DNA of 64,000 nt from Azolla caroliniana (lineage: Eukaryota; Plantae; Polypodiophyta): the NCBI GenBank assembly GCA_043228905.1, contig JBHGNT010000003.1, positions 25,978,001 to 26,042,000 on the forward strand, read 5' to 3'. Position 1 is the stretch's first letter. Each line of letters starts with the position of its first letter. Positions 36,031-49,456 of this stretch are shown piece by piece. A program made the translations under genes and the position numbers. Below the pieces are notes generated by a model that was not told where the DNA came from, did not search any database, and was given only the letters and a program-made list of their open reading frames with translations.

Positions 36031-37963
36031 ATAAGTAATATAAGACAAAAAGATAGAGGAATTGAGGTGAGATCTTAGAGACAATGCAATAGCACGCACA
36101 CCACATGGTTGTCAATCTTGATATGCCCCCCCACACACACATGTACCCATTATTCGAAATGAGCTAGTTATAGCCTTATTAGTGCCAAGCCATGCATAAA
36201 ACACAAGTTGTCACAAAATTTGAATCATTTATCATTATCTCAAAATATATTCTTTACAAGTTCAAAATCTTACAAGCAAATGCATATCTTGATCATCGAA
36301 AGCTAGAACCCACTACCATTTCTCAAATGCATGACGAACAATTATGTATGGCCGAATATCGATATATTTCCATTCAATTTTGTTGACACATGAATTGAGG
36401 TCCCCCATATAGAATGTAGATCATGCATGCATCTATGTGACAATGTCAACATAGGAGGCACTCCACATTCGTATGGAACGGCTTTTGATGTGCATGGTAC
36501 TACTAAACCCTAGCCCAAAAAACCATGCATGCATGCACCTTCAACATGATGAACTAAATTTATGACAGTCACATAAACACACCTATATGAAATAGTAACG
36601 ACAATGCTTATATTCCATTCTACTTTATTTTCTATGACCCTTGCCATGTGGGTATTGTACCAAGACTTGATGAATACACTACACATGTGTAGCACCGAGT
36701 AAAAGGCAATGAATGCATGTAATCCAAAGAGATGATGATTACAATAAAGATAACTTCCTTTATTAGATGAATTTCTTAATAAAAAAAGGTTGCATCCTTT
36801 ACTTGCTTATTCCATTCAAACTTTCTTCCTTGCATCCTTTTTCATGTGTATTTGAACAAAACAAAAAACATTACAATATCAAATGTATAAAGCAGACAAT
36901 ATACCATAAACTTTCTGGAATCCCATTGCAAAAACGAGTACAATAAGATTCACTTTTTTGACTTACATCATCACAAGAATCTAAAAAAACTTTCTTCAAT
37001 ATCATTGAAGGGGAAAAGAAGTACAATAAGATTCACTTTGACCCTTTGGCCCTCTATTGCATTGTATTGATGAGACCTCAAGGAGAGTCACACATACAAG
37101 CATTTGGCAAGTAATAGAATGCTAGTGCAAATTCAATGCAAGAGAGTGCCAAGGGGGGAATGGGGGTATTAACCATCTAAACAAAGTGAAACAATACAAC
37201 AAAAAAGAGTACTGTCCTGAGCAGCTAAATCTAGTAAAAAAAGGCCTGCATGCATGCATGACAGCCATATACAAGGTAGGTGAGTTTTGGAGGAGGGTAA
37301 GATAGCCGAAGGTTAGCTATAGTGGAGAGAGCACTGGATTCACTTCTGCTAAATATAAGTGTGATTATAACTAGTTAATGTAGCTAATAAGAGTGGGTAG
37401 TCAAAGAAGTAGGAAGCTAAATTAAATAGAGAGATCAATTTGATACTATAACCCAGCATTCGGTAATCTATTGCATTGTATTGATGAGATTTCTAAGAAC
37501 AACATTCCAACTAGTGATTATGGAATGCTATGTTAAAGCCAATTCAATTCATTGCAAGAGAGTGCCGTAGGGGCATTACCTAACAATGCAAAGCAACGCT
37601 AAACTAGAAAACTAAACCTAGAAAAGCTGAGGGCTGCAATGCATAACAAGCACATACATACAAATTGAGAGGTTACTAAAGCTTCATAGTTATGGAGGCG
37701 GAGAGTCGAATATATTATGTAGGGGGATGTGATGACAGATAGGGTAATTAGAGAGATCGGATACTTGCTGTAGGTATTTCAGGTAGTCAAAGTAGCTAAG
37801 GTATTTAGTGAATCTAGCTAGTTAGTTTGTTGAGACAGTCCAAATGATCTCTAAGGCAAATGGGTAATTTAACTCGATTTTCCAGTAGTCTTCAAGAGCA
37901 AAATTCAGAGCCATATCCTATGATTTGGGGTTTAATGTTTGCTTTGTGGTTTAGGCAAACAGC

Positions 37964-37987
37964 AAACCCTAAACCCTAAACCCTAAT
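37964..37987. repeat. Telo-box run (AAACCCT)3 in the 3' UTR region
   Basis: AAACCCTAAACCCTAAACCCTAA. Confidence 0.8.
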
Positions 37988-37994
37988 ACTTGAA

Positions 37995-38770
37995 CTAACA
38001 ATTATATAGGACAATGAAGCAAGGCAAAACAGCCCTGGAATTAAAGACTACGAGCTCTTCAAGATCAGTGAATTGGGTAGCTTCACCAGAAACTGAATCA
38101 TAAACACTTGGAATGTTGCCATCTTGAGAGCTATCAGAAGAGAGGCCCATTTTCTTCACTCGGCCAGCAATGACCCGACAAACAATCATTGCTCGCAGCG
38201 TTCGTCTCTCTCCATCAAGTTTCCGTTCTTTCGCAAAGCAAACCGAATCATGTGCTTTTCCACTGCTAGCATTTGTATAGATCCCAGGATGACCTTTCAT
38301 GGCAGGGGCAAATCCATGCCTTAGTATGTTACATACACCACAAGATGATGATGGGCATAAAGATGTCGACGAAGACGGTGATGGGGAGGATGACGATGAT
38401 GAGGAAGATGATGTTGATGAGTATGGGTATGATGATGATGATGATGTTGTTGTATATGATGATGAGTGTAATGATGGTGATGATGATGATGATGATGGTG
38501 ACATTCCCATACTGCATGAAATAGTGGTGCTGTAGAACCTTAGCAGCTCATTCCCATCAACAAGACATCTAGAATTCTTTCTAGAGGTTTTGCTTGCTTT
38601 AGCTTTCACCATGTCTCTGTACTCTTCAAATCTGGCTAGTGTTTTAGGGCTGTTGTGGACCTTGAAGATGGACTCTGGTTTCACACTGGGTATGTCTTGC
38701 CTCAACCAACTTGTTTGGAATATTATCTCCACTATGCTTCTGGCTGAATCACCCTCTTTTAGCTCTGTAA
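37995..38770 (-). CDS. Plant C2H2 zinc-finger / PARP-like (ADP-ribosyltransferase fold) protein, exon 2
   Basis: Acceptor tttccag|TT. VTELKEGDSARSIVEIIFQTSW...FEEYR...DGNELLRF...GIYT.ASSGKAH...AMIVCRVIAGRV...EELVVFNSRAVLPCFIVLY, then stop. Confidence 0.9.
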
Positions 38771-38837
38771 CTGGAAAAACGCAAAATGAAACAATGGAGT
38801 GACACCAAACATTAGCCTGATTAAGTTTGGTAAGAGC

Positions 38838-39010
38838 AGCCATAGCAGCAGTTTTTTTTAAGACCATTTCTTTTTTTACACTCAAAACAAATTAACATTT
38901 TCATGAGTCATGTTATAATGCAAAGAATAGCAGCAGTTTTTAAGACCATTTTGTTTACAGTCAAAACCAAATTAACATTTTCATGAGTCATGTCGTAATG
39001 CAAAGAAGGC
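38838..39010. repeat. Tandem duplication, 2 x ~87 bp, in intron
   Basis: AGCAGCAGTTTTTAAGACCATT...CATGAGTCATG..TAATGCAAAGAA occurs twice. Confidence 0.8.
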
Positions 39011-39704
39011 ATCAACAAGAACATCATTTTCATGGTAGCACTTAACATAACACAGTTAAGTGCAAAAAACAGCTTCCTCGGATAAATTTCAACTACTAAT
39101 TTTACGAAACAGAAAGACTGAATATTTGACCTTACCGTAGAGACCATTGATCCTGAATTACTATCTCTGAAAACTGTAAATTTAAATTTTCACTGGAAAA
39201 CTACCAACTGCAATGCAGTCCATACGAGTAAAAATCTATACCCTGGTACGGAAATTTTGGAACTTTAAACTTGAATTAATCTATTGACCAATCAAATCTT
39301 CAAATATAAAGCGATTACATACATAACATTTGTAAAAAAAACTTTCCATACGCTTGAACCCTAAATTCCCTAATCTTTACCTTCCTAAAACTTGGAACCC
39401 TCAGCCGGAAACCTTATTACTCCTGCAACAAATTCTAATCCGTAACTCTAAACGTCCAAAACCTGGACATGAACCACAAACCCTAACCAACCCAAAAACC
39501 TCAAAAACTCTTTGCAATTCTAAAATCCTGAAAAATAGCCCAAAACCTGCGTAGCTAGGGCAGACCTAAATCGAGAACAACGAGATGTACCTCTGAAATA
39601 AGTATGTAAGTCTTAATTCATTTCCACAACCCCAAAACAGTTTCCAATCACAACCATAGAAATACAGAGAATCGTGTTAATGTATAGCAAGTCACAACAC
39701 TCAC

Positions 39705-40497
39705 CTGAATGACGATTAGCATGATGCATTTCGAGAGCTTCATGCCCTTGACATATCTCTCCACACTTGAGGCAAGTAGAAGGAGGCTTGACATTAGTAG
39801 CATTGACAGTGTGCCTTGCAGAATGTTGTGAAGATTGGAATTGAAGAAGGCCATGGCCTTGTGGGGGAACTACCTTAGGTGGGTGTCTATCACATGAAAA
39901 AGAAGAAGATTCATACAAGCTACCATGATTATATGAGGATTTTGTGTTGACTAGAGACTTGTCAGAGACACTACCAATAGAATGATCACTGATAATATCA
40001 CGACTACAAGATTGTTTGGAAGCATTTTGTGTGGATACTTGATGGGGTTTCGTGGTTGCATTGATGAGATCTAATTTGCTGGCATGGAGTTGTGCAGAGG
40101 TCTTATGAGTAGAAGCAATGTGATGAGAGAGTGGGCTCTCATGGTCACCTCTGTGGAAAACTTTGGTGTTTCCATGGACAACATTCTTGAGGTTATTACA
40201 ACATACTGATGGGCTAGAGAGTGGAAGGCCATTCCTCATCCTTCCTCTTCTCTTCTTGGTGTTGGACTGTGAACCTTTCACAAAAGAAGATGATGAAGAT
40301 GCAGAAGCAGAAGCAGAGGATGAGAGAGGTGTAATTAGAGATGCTGATGATGATGATGATGATGATGATGATTGTGGTGGTGAAGAAGAAGAAGAAGAAG
40401 AAATTGAAGGTTTGCAAGGATCATGGACTGATCTGGTTATTTGTGAGTCCTGTTTGCAAGACAATATATTCTTCCAAGCTATCCATGGAGTTGGCAT
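39705..40497 (-). CDS. Plant C2H2 zinc-finger / PARP-like protein, exon 1 (spliced CDS ~522 aa)
   Basis: MPTPWIAWKNILSCK...VHDP family N-terminus; CLKCGEICQGHEALEMHHANRH C2H2 finger; phase-1 donor G|gtgagt joins exon 2 in frame. Confidence 0.88.
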
Positions 40498-40779
40498 TCT
40501 TGCTTCTCTTCCTTTTCTTCTATGTATCTATCTCCTTTGTTTCTTTTCTGTGCTGCTGTTCACTTGATTGGTTAGAAGAAGGAAAGAGGTTAAGGATTGC
40601 TTACCTTGGACCTTAATGTATATATACATACATACATATGGAGACAGAGACAGAGAGACAGAGAGATGGGCAGGGTGGACATCTAATGAAAGGATAGGTA
40701 AGACTAGGTGTGGAACAGGGCTACTACATACATGCTAGTAACTACTATATGGAGGCCATAAGTGTAAGTGTGTGTGTGT

Positions 40780-40995
40780 GTGTGTGTGTGGACCAAACCA
40801 TGTTTATTGATGTTATGTAAATTTGTGTGTGTGGACCAAATGTATGTTTTATTGATGTTATGTAAATTTGTTTGTGTGGACCAAATGTATGTTTATTGAT
40901 GTTATGTAAATTTGTGTGTGTGTGTGAGTGAGTGAGTGAGTGAGTGTGTGAGTGTGTGTGGACCAAAAGCATATTTATTGATGTTATGTAAATTT
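40780..40995. repeat. Minisatellite GTGTGGACCAAA..ATGTTTATTGATGTTATGTAAATTT (4 copies) mixed with GT repeats
   Basis: Direct reading, upstream of the zinc-finger gene. Confidence 0.85.
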
Positions 40996-41117
40996 TTGAA
41001 TTTTACTTTGTTTGAGTTCTTCATTCACACTCATTCATCAGCATGTTTTAAATTTTACTTCTGTATGTATCATCATCATATAGACAGATAGAGAGAGTCT
41101 CGTGATTGGGAGCTCTA

Positions 41118-41119
<2 letters not shown>

Positions 41120-41179
<60 letters not shown>
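41120..41179. repeat. (GT)n microsatellite
   Basis: Direct reading. Confidence 0.97.
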
Positions 41180-41180
<1 letters not shown>

Positions 41181-42303
41181 ACTTGCCTATCTGTCATGTG
41201 TGTGCCGTTGTCCGTCTGTCTTTATGCAATCTTTACATTCAGGCATGCCTCATAATATATAGAAGATCGAAGAACCTCATGCAAATGTATGGCCTCATTC
41301 TTCCGATGTTTGTATTCTGAAGATAGAGACATATAGTGACTGTGTAGATCATTTTGTTGTGACCATTTTTTGTCGGTTTTTCAGAGTATGTCAAAGTTTC
41401 CCACTAAGGTTTCCCACTGATTATATTATCTATCACAAAAGAAAAAGGGGCATGAGTGAGAGAGATGGGGGGGGAGGGAGAGAGGGATCCACTCATAAAG
41501 CAAGAAATGTCTTCTAAAAGAATAAATGGAGTTTTGAAAGAGAGACATCCAATCAAAACATTAAGGAAGAAAAAAATTACAAGGGCCATGTGAAAACATA
41601 ACTATAAATGTGAGAAAGTGAAACACTAGGTTGAATTTGATCCATTGCAAGAACATAGACACCAAGAGGACTAGTCTCTTCGTAAATAGAGGTCATAGGA
41701 GTGTGGATAAAAAGATAAAGAGAGGCCCTGAATCGACAAAACAAATGAAAAAAGCAAGCATTGTCATTCGAATGAATTGTAAGTGTGAAATGTGAGGGAA
41801 GTGAAAAGCGAGAAAAGCAAGGGATGGAATGTGATACATATATGTATATATATTATATAGCATGTATGCCACTTACTCTAGAAACTAGACATAGAGAGTG
41901 TTGACGTTCTAAAGGTGAAAACGAAATGCTAGAAAATCAAGGGGTTGAATGAGATTAAAGAGACAAACCATCCTAACATTTGCTTGCATCCTTATTTTGT
42001 GGGCATGATTATGTGAAACCATTTTCTTTCTAATCAAACAATCCATATGCATTTTGTGTGATTTTACATAACATGCTGCTTTCTTGCTTATGTTATGAAA
42101 GGTGAATTTAGGAAGTGGTAACTTAAAGAGAGTGTGATGTGAAATACATCCACATGAATTTGCATAGTAATTCTTTTTGTATGCTTCTAGATAACAACAA
42201 ACCAATCATATAAATAGTTTAAAGTGCATCTACTCTTGAAATTTATGAAAGATAGATTCCTCCACTACTCACTCATTTATTTGCCAGTAAAATTTCTAGT
42301 TCC

Positions 42304-42365
42304 TATGTATGTATGTATGTATGTATGTATGTATGTATGTATGTATGTATGTATGTATGTATGTA

Positions 42366-42431
<66 letters not shown>
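42304..42431. repeat. Compound (TATG)n(TG)n microsatellite
   Basis: Direct reading. Confidence 0.97.
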
Positions 42432-42432
<1 letters not shown>

Positions 42433-45400
42433 ACATTAGTTCAATGTGTAGAGTATCAAAGAAATGCTTGAGCATGTAATGCTTTGTTTTATGCTTCTAT
42501 TCATGTGTTGTGTTTGATTTTCTTTCTACTAGGTGTTCATATTGCCTATGTCTTCCTTTCTTTATTATAGTAACCATCTCCCGATGTTTATCAGCCCATC
42601 ACTTTTTCTTGCCCGTCAATTACCTAGGAGCGTTAAAAAAACCTCACAAATGACCATTGATTCATCACATTACCGCAAAGGATGATTATTTTTACCCAAA
42701 AATGTCTTGTAAGAGCATGGTCCATCCCTTCTAGGACTAAAACAAAATCTCCGTGTGAGTTCCAAAAAACATACCATGATAACAATGAGTGTTCATGTAA
42801 ACATTGATGGCCGTTCATACATCAATAAGATTCTCATTCAAACTATGAGGTTCATTCTCAACCTATTGAGATTCTTGTGTGAGGCCAAGGATGAAGGGAA
42901 TTTAACAAATGTTGGATGCACATAAGTGTCCCTACAACATTGAGATAACATTTCATCAACACAAGCATTTGATCGTTTTCCTACTCTTTCGTAAGCTTTC
43001 ATGATTGCAACATAAAGGGGTTGTATTTTGCACATAAGCTTCCTTTTTTGTGGCGAAATGAAAATTAAATGTTGATGGGAAGAAATGATATGATCCCTAC
43101 ATACTCTAGCTATAAAGATAAAGGATCTAAATAGACTATAGCAAAAAAGTTAAGTTGAATTAATTGATATAGTTATCCTTAAATCAAGCAACATCTCTAT
43201 GACTATATAATTGAAAGTGAATGATATCGACAAGATAAATGTGCATTTGGAATAATGAAAGATGTGATGTGGTGTCTCTGGTCAATAGAGTATGTAGGAG
43301 AAATGGGAGAGGAATGGCTGAGATGTAAAAGGAATGAGAGGCCTAACATAAAGAGGGGGTTGCTATGTTAGAAACGTAATAACAAACTTTTATTCAATTG
43401 TCTAGAAAAATAAATACATAAGACATCGAAATACCAACAAGAATCTTTATATTATGCTCAATTCGGATCAAAACCATATTACCTTAAATAAATCTTTTAT
43501 GGTTTTCAAAATGAGATTCTTATGAACAGTATCATCTTTATCCTAAAGTTGGATATTGACATGTCAATATATAATTTATGAAATTCCTTAAGTTAAGATG
43601 GCCAACTCAATCGGTACGTTATCACGTGGAAACTAGAAGGTCGTGTGTTCAACTTCAAATATTGCACTAGAAGTATTCAATTAATAAGGTTTGGACCCTT
43701 GACATCTTGTGAAACTTGTATAGCAAAGCAATTAATATAATTACCCATTACAAATGTGAGTGTGGATATATATATATATATTATATGTGTGTATGCATAT
43801 ATTATATAGATATAGATATAGATAGATAGATAATGAGATTGCTTATTTGATACAACGTTGTGAACTTTATGGCAAGGTGTATGGTGTGACAAACATGTGC
43901 ATTAACATGTATTGATAGCCCAATGCTTACTAGTAGAGTAAGCCCATAGATGGTCATCACAACTATTCCAAAATTGTGAGGCCATTAGTTTGTTACGCCG
44001 ACGTGGAATGTAGTTTAGGAGTAGTTTGACATGAAAAAGTTTATGGGGGCAACCGATAAGTGTTAGAAACTAATGTTAGGGTTAAATGTTTAACAAGGGC
44101 GAGGCAACAAAAGGGCATTTTTTTCCGAACAAATGACTATTTAAAGAAAAGAATACATACCAAAACCATGTTAGTGTCAAGATCTAAACTTGTAAACTTA
44201 GAGAAAATGATATTATCAATATAACAATTCGATGATTTTTTCTTTAGTCATATTATGAAACTTGAGAAGATTCAATGATATAGGAGCATAATTTAACAAA
44301 ATGTAAAGGTTCCATTGGTATTGTCTTTTAGAGTACAATCCTTAAGTTATGAAAAGCAATTTTGTCAAAAATGGTTGGTTAGAAGATACTTTTTAGTGTG
44401 GATTGAGCATGATATAAGCTATACCCAAATATGAAGGAATTTTTATAAATGCACTTTTTACCCAAACTTATCAAAGCATGTTCGTCCATAAATGTTGTTA
44501 CATTCAACTAAAGCGATAATATATCTTATTATTATTAGCCTCAATAACTCTTTGGATTCTATGGAAACAACAATGTAGGCGAGTCTTCTCCAACCAAACC
44601 ACACATCCAACAAGGTTACTACAAGAGATATGGAGTGAAATTGTAGCCACTCTAAAGAGCCAATATAATGGCCTCAAGGGCGGCTCCAATGGAGTTGAAA
44701 GACAACGAATAGCCTTCATCCAACAATGGTCGTTCTCTCCCTTTCTTGAGTCAGTGGGCATCTACATAAGATGGAACTATCGTGTCCCTACAGGGATTTG
44801 TACATAATCGTCTCATTTGTAAAATTTTATAACAAATGGAAGGAGTTTTTTTTGGAAAAAAAAAACTTATTATTATTAGACACGCATCATTAGAGCACGA
44901 GAAATCGCCAAGGTCTTTCATATTATTTTCATGATCCTCATTTAGTTCTTGTATGGGAATCTAAAGCCACACCATGCAGAAATAGGAATAAAAGAATGAC
45001 AACAATAGTTGTAAAAAATCAATATTGAGTTGTCATATACTATTTATAAACTCATGGAAACAATGAATGACCATTGGGCACCCACAAGTATGGTCTCTTC
45101 ATGCAAGTAGAAGGAAAAATTATATGGTGTGCTTATGGGAGTGGAATTACTATTGTTTGCTCATGAACAAGATCACAACGATCAATACATTCACAAACAA
45201 AAAGTTTAATTGTTTCTAGGGTCTAACCTATATAAAACCGTTGATTTGATGTAGGTAGCTTGTATTTCTCATTGCCTCATATTTGGATTGATTTAGTGAG
45301 AGTGTAGGGGGTTTATAGAAATTCCATCCTGTACTCCATTTAATTCTTCGAACAAGGTCCAATACAATGTACATATAGAATACCTCTTCCAATCATATAT

Positions 45401-47049
45401 AAGTCATGCCTATCTGCAATGCATTGTCTTTTGTAACTTTTGTTTGAGAAACAAAGTTAATTTGATGCATTCACATGGTTAATATTGACACAAATACCAC
45501 CTTCTTTAGCGTGCACTTTCTGCATTATGATAAAACACGTCGACTACATTATTTTATGCACAAAATAATCCCCAAATGGGAACAACAAAATGGGAGAGCA
45601 CATAAAGAGCATACATGACGTTTAGGAGTGATTTATTGCAACAATTTATCCATTATTTCTCCAATGGACAACTACTTGTTGGTTGTAGTCTACATACAAT
45701 GGTGTGATGGTACCATATTACACGGCTAAGTTTGTTGAAGTCTCCTAAAAATGATTAATTAGTTTATATCCTTATACATTATTCTATAATGGGTTTGTGT
45801 GAGTTTGTTTTGTCATAGGAGTCAATGGACACTATCCTTATTCATAAGATTTTATGGACATAATCAAAGCACATCTGTGATCTCTACAACTAGGTTATCA
45901 CACATCTCCATGTTGAATCCATATATAATGCTAGTTTTTTATTTTTAATGTCAACTAAGAATCTTCGTAAACTAATCAAGCATACATTTCTAAGTACAGC
46001 TTACATCGAAAGCATCTTCTTGGTATTTTGATTGACGATCATGTGGCCATTGAACGATATGTCTATTTATCACATAGTGTATTTTCATGCGTTACTAATA
46101 CCAAGTATATGGTTTCCTTGTAAATCACATTGATGCTTTAAATGAGCTTTGTGTTTCTCACAAGATAGCCATACATATCAATACATTAATATCGCACATT
46201 ACCGTTAATATCAATGAGATAAATTTCTCCGTAAGACATGTTCCTCGCTTTTTATACGACGTAATAACCACATGGAATTACAATATTGGATTAAAAATAT
46301 GTTGATATGGTATTAATAATTATATTTAGTTATTAGTGATTGTTTCAAGAATTTAAGAAACAAAGAACTTGGCCCCTTAATGTTTATGGTAACTTCATAG
46401 ATTGAAAACGTTGGAACTCTCGTTTAAATTTTGGGAAATGTTAAGGTCAATTTTTGTACGGTAAGAATAAGTGTCGATTTTGGTAACTTTCTCATAGGAT
46501 GAAGTACCCTTAAGTTGTTGGGTATTTACCATAACACCTCTAAGCAAGCTTTACATTTTTTATAATACCCCTATTTTTCAAGATATTATGTGAATACCCT
46601 ATGGGTATTACTATGTTTTAGCCTTCATGCACACATATATACGTATATATAGATGGACTCTTCATACATGTTTCACAAAATATAAGTACAAGATAAAGAG
46701 AATCGAAAGATCGAATCTAGATAAGTCTAAGATCTGTGATAAAAAATCCAACATAATAGGTACAAAAATGTTCATTGTAGACATTTCCACTAATTGCATT
46801 TTTAGATTAAAATATGACAGCCAATTGACTACATAGTTAGAATTCTTCCTTGCTTGGGGATGTGGAGTAACTTAACGGTCATGTAAATTTTAACTTCACC
46901 AATTCTATTGATGTTTTAAAAGTTTGGTTGACATGTGCAAAGTTTTTATGAGACCACCAAACCACCCAAACTAGTAGTGGGATACAATGATCAACCTACG
47001 TAAATCTTATCCAACAAACAAAGTGTGCATTGCTACATTGGATTGAGAT

Positions 47050-47950
47050 GCATCCCCAATTAAGAATATAATGCCCTAGTTTTTCTATGTTTTTTCATAC
47101 TAACAACTTGGGTCTTCGTGTTTGGATCTATCATGTTCAATATTGACTCTTTGCATCAAGGAAACTTGATTCAAGTGTGCGACCGTTGTACACTGAACTT
47201 TGATCTTAAGTCTTTCATTATGGAGATGACACATTGGTTCCAATGCATTCACGACACACGTTTCATAGAGTAAATTGTTCATGGTTCATAATTCACTTAT
47301 TTATTTTGATCTTCAAATCAAAACCCAACACATGTTAACAACCTTATAAATTGTTTGACAAATTTATATAGCTACCAGTTTTCATTGATTTTCGTTGGTC
47401 AACATTACATCTTTGGTGAACCATGATTCCAAACTTCTATAGTCACCCTAGAGGGTCTTTACCCAAATTCATCACTAAACCATATGACTTATTGGCACAT
47501 GAATTCTTGTCATACATCAAACACAAACCCCAAGTACGCATCAACACTCATTTGCACATTTTATGTGTCCTAGTCAACCCATTGACCGTAAGTCAATATG
47601 ACTTACCCCTGATGAATCCATAGTCCAATCAATCTGTAAATATGGTGTATCTTTCGTACAAGAACATACTTGAAATTGGAGGTTGAATATCCAATATTTT
47701 GTTAATAGCCTAGAGGCTAGACCCAGAATATGTTGCTACACTAAGAATTGTCATCTATGCATGCACATCAGCCATCGATACATTTGCTTGATCGTTAAAT
47801 TGTCATAGTAGGCATGGGGCATTAACACATCAAAAGTTGCATACTTTCGAACGGCAAGCTATTTGTAGGGTTCCAAAGGTAACCTTGGTTAGACTTGTCT
47901 AAATTTGGATTTCGGGATGGGATGGTGCCCATTGCGGAAGTATGTTAATG
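47050..47950 (-). pseudogene. Highly decayed Gypsy RT/RNase H remnant
   Basis: Minus-strand traces ...VNAP.., (C)IDD.. near 47750 and an RH-like VVNALEPMCHL...TVAHL near 47200. Boundaries uncertain. Confidence 0.4.
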
Positions 47951-49420
47951 ATAGGTACCTATAAAGTCTAGAGAGATGATTAGGATATGTATTATGCATA
48001 TATTTATATTGTTTGCAATGATATCCTCCTATCTTTGATGAAGATATTTGTAGTAAAATTGACATTGGCAAGCATGATTTCAAGGTCATTAGGTGTGATG
48101 GGAGGGAAGAGTGAAGTGACATGGAGGAAGGTTATATGCTACACGCATTCAGGAAGTAGTGAGTCTTTAAACATTTGCCAAGTGTGTTCCTGTCTCCTTC
48201 CTATTCTCACACACACTACTCCACACTCCTGTATTGGAATTGAGAGAGAGAGAGAAAGTTTGTGTGTTATGTTTTTTGTTTTTTTGTTCATTCATCAAAA
48301 TCAGTAGTTTAACTTTACCCTAGGACTAATAACAATTGGTTGGTTAATTATGTATAAATAAGGATAATATTAATATTAAGTTATTATTGGGAATATATTT
48401 GTATCTGTGGTTTTTTTTTTCTGTTCTGATCAGTCAGGAGTCATTTCAAATTAAATGAAATGTAAAACAGGAGCGAAAGCGCAGACGCAGGGGCAGGGGC
48501 AGGAGGGAGGAATCGTTTTAGATGCTTGTGCTCAGGATTCTTATTATGTATTATTATTATTATTGTACATATATATCCTTAATATACATACTTAATCAAT
48601 CTTCTTCTTCCTCTTCTGCTCTGCTCTCTGCCACTGTTTCGAAAAATTTGGGAAAACGCAGAAAAGCAGAGTGAGTTCTATCCAAAACCAATTTAAACCT
48701 AAGAAACGATGTGTTTTTATTTTATCTCTATCTCTCTCTCTCACTCACTCACTCACTCACTGTGTGTGTGTGTGTGTCTCTGTGCTTCTCTGACTTTTTG
48801 CTGATGTTTGTTTTCTTTCTGTCCCACCCAGGAAAAAAAAAACAAAAACAAAAAAGAAACTAGCGGAGGATAATAAATTATGTATCATTAATATATATAT
48901 ATATATGTGAGAGGATTTTCATTTATTTAATCAGCACCTACCTCTATCTAATTAATACATTGCAAACATACAGTATAGGCTGTGTGCCACGTCATGCCCA
49001 TCCCACCCCACTCCAACATTTACTCCCACCCATCCCTTCACATAAATTTTAATTTTGTCCCCCCCGCCCCCCCCCATTCCAATTCCCATTCCCCCTCCCG
49101 CCGATTGCTGGGCAAACAAAGAATTGAAACACCAACGGAAAATGAATCTGACTCTCTCTGTTCCTTTAACTGATAAATAAGAGCCACAAAACTGAAGTCA
49201 CATCGATTTGTTTTCCTTTTAGAAGCAAATGGGGAATATGTATGTATAGATACATACATACATGCATTAATAGATGTCTTCAATTCTTCACAGGATAAGA
49301 GAGAAGACATCCTCCTCCTTTCTGTTGGTTAAAACCTCCCTAGTCCCCCCCACCCCCCCCCCCCCCTCTTTCTTCTGTTTTTCTTCCTCCCCTTGTCAAT
49401 GATTTAAAGTTGAATTAATG

Positions 49421-49456
<36 letters not shown>

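Noticed and set aside
38771-38885. N-terminal extension of the 296-aa ORF
   Set aside because: Intronic; the conserved sequence begins at the AG acceptor at 38771.
40780-40995. Repeat-spacer-like array resembling CRISPR
   Set aside because: Eukaryotic context, spacers are GT microsatellite, no cas genes; it is a minisatellite.
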